From Hormiphora californensis (lineage: Eukaryota; Animalia; Ctenophora), in assembly GCA_020137815.1 (NCBI GenBank), contig CM035361.1, positions 4,402,001-4,466,000 on the forward strand: a DNA stretch of 64,000 nucleotides. Direction: 5' to 3'. How positions within the stretch are numbered: position 1 is the stretch's first letter; every line of letters starts with the position of its first letter. Shown here in pieces: positions 37,266 through 64,000 of this stretch. The notes under the pieces were generated by a model that saw only the letters and a program-made list of their open reading frames with translations, ran no database searches and was not told where the DNA came from. Position numbers and translations under genes: made by a program.

Positions 37266-37676
37266 CCGGGCTTATTCACACACTTGCCCAAGCAGCTGCC
37301 ACATTGGTCCTGCTGTTGAAGAGTGGCGAGCACCCCTTGTTTCCCTCGCGTTTGCAGTTGTACTCGCAATAGTTAAGCGTGGTATTGATGATTTTACCGG
37401 CGGAGAGTGTGCTAGTGTTGGTCTGTCATGGCAGTGGCAGCTGAGAGACTCATGTACAGTACGTCAAGTGGACAAAATTCTCCCGTTGAACAGGGATTTG
37501 TGGTGACTGAGTGTTTGGCAAACCTTGTAAAAAATTGCCCTTTGGAATAATTGTGATATTAATTTTGTATAAAGTTTTTGACTGTAATTTACGGTGATAT
37601 GTCTTGAAAATCGAGCGGAGGACGAAGAAAACACTCAAAATTTGAGTTTTTTTTGCGTAAACAAAGTTTCATGAGG

Positions 37677-37824
37677 CCCCTCGGAAATGTTCAAGTCATG
37701 CACAATCAAGTCACGCCCACCAATCACAGCTCACTGCTCAGAACGCGCGGAGGGCTTCGCGCGTTCTGAGCTGTGATTGGTGGGCGTGACTTGATTGTGC
37801 ATGACTTGAACATTTCCGAGGGGG
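37677..37824. mobile_element. Hairpin MITE
   Basis: CCCCTCGGAAATGTTCAAGTCATGCACAATCAAGTCACGCCCACCAATCACAGCTCA and its exact reverse complement flank a short inner hairpin. Confidence 0.8.
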
Positions 37825-37837
37825 AAAACGTTAAAAT

Positions 37838-37967
37838 CTGGGTGCCTTTCATTGCTCACAATTCGTAGTTTTGGCGCGCGCGAAGGGTTAGGGCTATCCG
37901 TTAGGGTCTGGTTAGGGTTTGGTTTGGGGTTATCGGTTAGGGCTATCGATTCTCTAACAGATACCGT
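37838..37967 (+). repeat. Short interspersed repeat with degenerate GTTAGG units (possibly Helentron/DINE-like)
   Basis: GGGTGCCTTTCATTGCTCACAATTCG...(GTTAGG-like)n...CTAACAGATACCG; a similar GTTAGG tract lies at ~17920-17990. Confidence 0.45.
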
Positions 37968-38299
37968 TTAGTTTACTCAAATTGGCCATGTGGTTGCGTG
38001 GCTATAGCCGTTTGAAAAAAGTCGGTCTAAGTGTACTCTTTTGGTAGCGCGCACCTGTAAACAGGCTGCAAGGCACCCTTCCGAGGGGCCTCATTTTGAA
38101 CAACGAATAAAACATCGGATCACCAAACGCGCACAAGCCGATTTGAAGCAATGCGCGGCGTATGTTTTGTTTTTGCGCGTTCCATTTGCGCGGCTTTCTG
38201 GCCATAATTTTTTTATTTTCCGCGTTTTTTTGCTCCACGACCCCACAACTTTTTTTCAAAGATCACTTTGGTCCCTTTTCGCTCGATAAGAACCCCAGA

Positions 38300-38928
38300 A
38301 TGGGCGACGATTACGATAATCTCGGGAAAATCTCCCTTAAACCACCTCCCCAGTACTACCAACATCTTGCCCTTAACGTTCAGCCCGATCAGTTGGAAGG
38401 ATCACAGTTCGTTTTCGCCGGTAAGCGTCCAACAATCAGTTCAATTTATTCCGTAGTTGTCATGTGTATAACACCTTCCCGTTTCAGGAGATGAAAAGAA
38501 AAAGAGGACCCTCTCCGAGATCATGTTCTTCAAAATCGGCTCAACCTACTGTTCTGGTTTGGCGATGGGGGGTATCTGGGGTGTTTTAGAACACCGACGG
38601 ACATTTGACGGCACATCAAAACTTCTGAAGCGAAATCACTTATTGAACTGCATAACTAAACGTGGTACATTTGTGGGTAACTCCCTTGCCTGTGCTAGTT
38701 TTGATCTACTCAGCCAGTTCCGCGCTAATTGGAATGGGTCGAGAGAAGGAAGACTTGTGGAACGATGTTCTCGGGGGTGGAATCACGGGAGGGTTTTATA
38801 AATCAACCCGTGGAATCAAAACAGCGGCCACATTTACCGGTATTGGTATGATCACGGGGTTAGCGGTGAATCTGGTGAAATGGCACCCTCGATCATGGAA
38901 AGTATTATGCTTCAGACACTTTGAATGA
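38300..38928 (+). CDS. TIMM23: Mitochondrial inner-membrane translocase subunit Tim23 (one apparent 1-nt insertion)
   Basis: Exon 1 38300-38420, exon 2 38488-38928. Tim17/22/23 family features: FFKIGSTYCSGLAMGGIWG, KLLKRNHLLNCITKRG..VGNSLA, then in the shifted frame LIYS...EDLWNDVLGGGITGGFYKSTRG. Confidence 0.85.
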
Positions 38929-39352
38929 TGCAGTTAAAGATTTGTGGGAAAGATGAGAGGAAGTGTTTAGAGAATGGAATGTTTTCCGAGTGCGACCGAG
39001 TGATTTTATAATTTATTTTCTTTGCAGCTTCTTACCCCAAACAATAAGATGTGTACTTGTTTTTCTATTCTGACTCACGATCACCCGACTTGTGAGACCC
39101 ATAATTCGTCACATTTTCTTCTCGTGCTTGTAATATTCATATAATATGCCTCTTATCATAAAATTCAAAGTCACACTGATGCGATTTATGTTCGCGTTCT
39201 CACCCTCTCTACCCTTTATGTGTTAGCTTCGTAACTTATTCCTAGTTTTCATACCAACTTTCTTGGCCCTCATCTTAAAATCCTACCATTCCCAGCAATT
39301 AACAACCCAACTTTTCCTCTCTAGCTTTAGCTCTCCATTCCTAAAACACACA

Positions 39353-40554
39353 ATGATCAGAGGAGGTACTACCCTCGCTCGCTCCCTCTCTGCCGGCTCT
39401 ACCAAAGCCCTATCCACGGGTAAATTCGGTAACCTCCCCTCCAAAGACATCCCTTTGGATCCCAAGAAACACTGTTACCCTTGTAAGTAAACACTGCTAC
39501 CCTTGTAAGTAAACACTTCTACCCTTGTAAGTAAAATTGTATCTTGATTTTAGTCCTTGATGTTTATTTTGTATGTGAAGATGTTGCTGGTGTAATTGAG
39601 TGTCTTATGACAACCTATTTTAAAAGCCCCTCTCACCTAATGTTTATTTTGAATGTCTGTTTGTGAATAGGAAGTCCAGGGTGATAATTAAGTCTGGTAA
39701 CCTAGCCCCATATATTATTTTACACATGAATATTTTATGCTAGCATATATTTTTCCTTTATCTCGATTCTTGAATGTTCTTTGTCCATTCTCATCATAAA
39801 ATTGAAACAAAACTTTTTTTATCTATCGCAGTACTTGATTATTATACATACATATATGCTGCAGCCTCATATTTTATTCTCTCTTCTTTTTCTCTCATGC
39901 TTTATCAGTGTAAATTTTACATTGTTATTTCCTCTCCAAAATGTCACATTTCCCAGCTGTAGCGTGATTTTATCCTAATTCATGCCCAAAAATACTAAAA
40001 ATACTAAACCATGTACCGCATATAATACATCTTTTTATAGGTGTAAGTATCAAATAGCCCATCTTTCCAGCCATCGTATTTCGATACGATCGTGACGACC
40101 ATGGTTAGCATGTAACGTTACTTTTTATATTGAGAAATTTTAGGTTTAACAATTAAAGTGTGCTCAGAGAGCACTGCTCTTGCATTCAACTGATAACCTA
40201 AACACTTTTAAATTGATCTCATTCGAATGTAACGTGTATAATGGTGCATCAAAACCGGATCATGCATCTTAGACTAGAATGTTGCAGTAAATACATATAT
40301 AGTCATTCATTCATATTATTTTTAGATGAACATCATATTCCCCTCTTGCCCAACTATCCTTCCTAATCAGATCTGACCCCTTCTTAACCCAATTTTCATC
40401 TTCTCAGATGACCCATTTTAACCCACTTTTCATCTTCTCAGATGACCCGATTCCTAAGCCGACAACAGAACGCCTTCTCGCTGAGCTGAACGAGAAAAGA
40501 TGGACTATGATGAAGATGAAGAAACAGCAGAAAGCACAAAAGGAAAAGCAGTAG
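39353..40554 (+). CDS. Small (~91 aa) hypothetical protein with presequence-like N-terminus
   Basis: Exons 39353-39482, 40071-40103 and 40442-40554 join in frame: MIRGGTTLARSLSAGSTKALSTGKFGNLPSKDIPLDPKKHCYPSIVFRYDRDDHDDPIPKPTTERLLAELNEKRWTMMKMKKQQKAQKEKQ. Confidence 0.55.
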
Positions 40555-40908
40555 ATCACATGATGCCCATATATGGTGTTGTGTGTCACGTGATGCCCAT
40601 ATATGGTCATTGAATCGATAAAGTGAGAAGGAGGGTGGTGATAGGGAATTACCTACAGAGAGGAACTGACAAACTAACTAAACTTTAACGCACACAAATT
40701 TGAGATCAGGAATTATTCATTTTGTGTGTGTGGAAAGACCCCGGACAGGGGCAACATTTGTGTAACATTTTCTTCCTAAAAATACATGTCTGTGCAGCTC
40801 AGCTGATAGAGCTGATTAGTATATTCTGATATATATTATTCTAATGATTGTAAAGATTGGTGACGTCACGATGACGTCATAATCATTGTAATAGGTCACA
40901 CACTATGT

Positions 40909-43257
40909 TAGTTAGGGCAAGATAGCCGAAATTAGTGGCAAAATTCTTTACAAGCTAATTCCTTCACTAAGTGACCCTAATGGGTCTTGTGAATAACCAA
41001 AAAAAAGTTCCAGCCGATCGGAGGTGAGGAAGACCCTCATTTCCGGGTGGGCGCGGCACCAGTATTTTCAGCCTGATTCCAAAAACGTAACTTTCCTTGG
41101 GAAAGGAGTAGAGACAAATCTAGGGACATTAAAATGTGTAGCGTCCTCGCATTAGTGGGGGTAGACACCCATGAAAAGTTCCTATCTCAATTAGTTAATT
41201 GGTTAATTGGATAATTAGATGTGCGCATAGCCGTATCTTTGATATTATGCGATTTATACGGCTCAGCCATGAATAATGACCTGTTTTTGACCGCTGAATA
41301 CGATTATGAGCATATAATGGAACTCAGAGGTGTGAAAAATGTCTTAATTTAACATAATTGGGCCTAATTGGGTACATTGACCAGATCTTATCTTACTAAA
41401 TACACCCTAAATTCCACTTAAATACCCCCTTGAGCTTTCATAAAACCCCATCAGAACCTCTTAGATACCTCTTAGACCCTTCTAAATACCCTACGAGCCC
41501 ACTATATAGCCCTAAGAATAGACTTGATACCTTTCCGACCCTTCTAAATACCCCCAAAGACCGCTATATAGCCCTCAGAATCGACTAGATACCCCTCCGA
41601 CCCTTCTAAATACCCTCAAAGACCGCTATATACCCCTAATAATATACTAGATACCACTCAGACCGTGCTAGATACCCCTCAGACCCTACTAGATACCTCC
41701 AGAGCCAAGAGTCGGCTACAAGATACCACTCAGACTTTACTAGATACCCCTCCGACCCTTCTAGATACCATTAGAGCCCGCTAGATATCCCTCAGAATGC
41801 CACTGAGACTCAACTGGATATCCCCCAGACTGCACTAAATACCCCCAAGACCCTTTTAGATACGCCTTAGACCGAATCTTTGCTCTGGAAGTATCGAGTA
41901 GGGTCTGAGGGGCATCTAGCACGGTTTGAGTGGCATCAAGTAGATTCTGATGGGTTTCTTTAAGGATCGGAGTCGATTCTGAGGGCTATATAGCGGTCTT
42001 TGGGGGTTGCTAGAAGGGTCGGAGAGCCCTCAGAATCGACTAGATACCTCTACGACCCTTCTAAATACCCTCAGATCCCACTATATAGCTCTCAGAATCG
42101 ACTAGATACCTCTCAAACCCTTCTAAATACCCTCAGAGCCCACTATATAGCCCTCAGAATCGACTTGATACCCCTCTGACCCTTCTAGATACCCTCAAAG
42201 ACCGCTATATAACCCTCAGAAAGATACCACTGAGACTCAACTAGATACCCCTCCAACCGTGTTAGATACCCCTCAGAATCTACTTGATGCCACTCAAACC
42301 GTGCTAGATGCCCCTCAGACCCTACTCGATACCACTAGAGCAAAGATTCGGTCTAAGTCGTATCTAAAAGGGTCTTGGGGGTATTTAGTGCAGTCTGGGG
42401 GATATCCAGCTGAGTCTCAGTGGCATTCTGAGGGATATCTAGCGGGCTCTAATGGTATCTAGAAGGGTCGGAGGGGTATCTAGTAAAGTCTGAGTGGTAT
42501 CTTGTAGCCGACTCTTGGCTCTGGAGGTATCTAGTAGGGTCTGAGGGGTATCTAGCACGGTCTGAGTGGTATCTAGTATATTATTAGGGCTATATAGCGG
42601 TCTTTGGGGGTATCTAGAAGGGTCGGAAAGGTATTAAGTCTATTCTTAGGGCTATATAGTGGGCTCGTAGGATATTTAGAAGGGTCTAAGAGGTATCTAA
42701 GAGGTTCTGATGAGGTTTTATGAAAGCTCAAGGGGGTATTTAAGTGGAATTTAGGGTGTATTTAGTAAGATAAGATCTGGTCAATGTACCCAATTAGGCC
42801 CAATTATGTTAAATTAAGACATTTTTCACACCTCTGAGTTCCATTATATGCTCATAATCGTATTCAGCGGTCAAAAACAGGTCATTATTCATGGCTGAGC
42901 CGTATTAATCGCATAATATCAAAGATACGGCTATGCGCACATCTAATTATCCAATTAACCAATTAACTAATTGAGATAGGAACTTTTCATGGGTGTCTAC
43001 CCCCACTAATGCGAGGACGCTACACAATGTCCTTAGATTTGTCTCTACTCCTTTCCTAAAGAAAGTTACGTTTTTGGAATCAGGCTGAAAATACTGGTGC
43101 CGCGCCCACCCGGAAATGAGGGTCTTCCTCACCTCCGATCGGCTGGAACTTTTTTTTGGTTATTCACAAGACCCATTAGGGTCACTTAGTGAAGGAATTA
43201 GCTTGTAAAGAATTTTGCCACTAATTTGCCGTTTATTTGGCTATTTTGCCCTAACTA
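40909..43257. mobile_element. 2.35-kb foldback element with internal tandem subrepeats
   Basis: Ends TAGTTAGGGCAAGATAGCC / GGCTATTTTGCCCTAACTA flanked by ATGT (40905-40908, 43258-43261; a TA TSD reading is also possible). Arms ~1 kb; GACCCTTCTAAATACCC subrepeats. Confidence 0.9.
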
Positions 43258-44017
43258 ATGTGCTCCTAAAAGTTGGAAAGGTGGAAACAAGTGTCAGTTT
43301 GGTAATCTGATGTATATGAATTGCTGGAATATAACTGGAAAACTTTGTATACCAGCGCCATCAGCCCTGTAGTCAGTTGCCCTAAAACCGTGTGTTTCTT
43401 TCAAAAACTGAATATATTTGTTATAGTGGCTGCTGGTGTACAAGGTTTTATCAAGTACTGCAATTAATGTCAGATTTGTATTTGTGAGCACTACTGTCCT
43501 TGTCTTCATTTTAGCAGGACAATGGATTTTAGTTTGCAGCGAAATATAATGTTTTCGGTTTTGGATGGGTGACGGGTGTTACTATTTTCTTCTTAAAAAC
43601 CATATTGGATATATTAGAGAAAGGTCAGGATGAAGTAACCATGGGAACAATTAGGGGCTATCTTTCAGAGCCAATTTTGTTGTTTTCGTTCTAGACTCGC
43701 GATCTCACAAGAGGTCCCTCTGTTTTCTGTAATAAATTGGCATGATTTTCAGAGAGAGAAAAAGGGGAATTTTTGGTCTGTGTACATTTTCTATAATCAC
43801 GCTTTCTTAACTTTATTATCAATAAAAAGTGAGTTTTAATACACCATGATGCCCTCACCATTATTCATATCCCCGCCCCCTTGGTCAACCCTATATCACT
43901 GCACTTTAAACATAACAACGCTCTCACATCAAAGTGACCTTTTTACCCCCGGACCCCCCTTCTCACCATGCACTGTGTCTGCTACAAATAAAACAATTTA
44001 ACTCACCATCAGACACC

Positions 44018-63987
<19,970 letters not shown>

Positions 63988-64000
63988 GTAAGTTATGACG

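Overview
Eukaryotic, intron-rich, transposon-rich genomic DNA. It is probably from a ctenophore: the short repeats at 2062-2217, 17208-17314 and 32088-32192 resemble repeats I recall from Pleurobrachia (recollection, not a database result). Host genes: the 5' part of a TTLL5-like tubulin polyglutamylase (minus strand), a divergent MCTP-like C2/transmembrane gene, TIM23, a small putative mitochondrial protein and the 5' part of NNT. Two large introns appear to carry nested gene clusters. (1) Three paralogs of an Arg/Thr-rich, single-TM, Pro/Tyr-tail protein lie downstream of the last TTLL5 exon I found. (2) The 17.8-kb intron 5 of NNT holds an antisense cluster of three genes for secreted proteins, built from 8 copies of a ~142-aa beta-rich domain exon alternating with near-identical Sushi/CCP exons. 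The beta-rich domain is hypervariable in short blocks that appear shuffled between copies, while introns and Sushi exons stay nearly constant; this is the best candidate for an undescribed diversified recognition system. Within that cluster sits an 890-bp element with a 5-bp TSD and RSS-like ends (CACAGTG + 12-bp or 22-bp spacer + ACAAA), i.e. Transib/RAG-like. The window also has a full-length LINE with a candidate -1 frameshift site, interrupted by a 2.2-kb foldback, and many palindromic non-autonomous DNA transposons. About 5.5-9.4 kb looks like low-quality sequence. All exon coordinates were read by eye.
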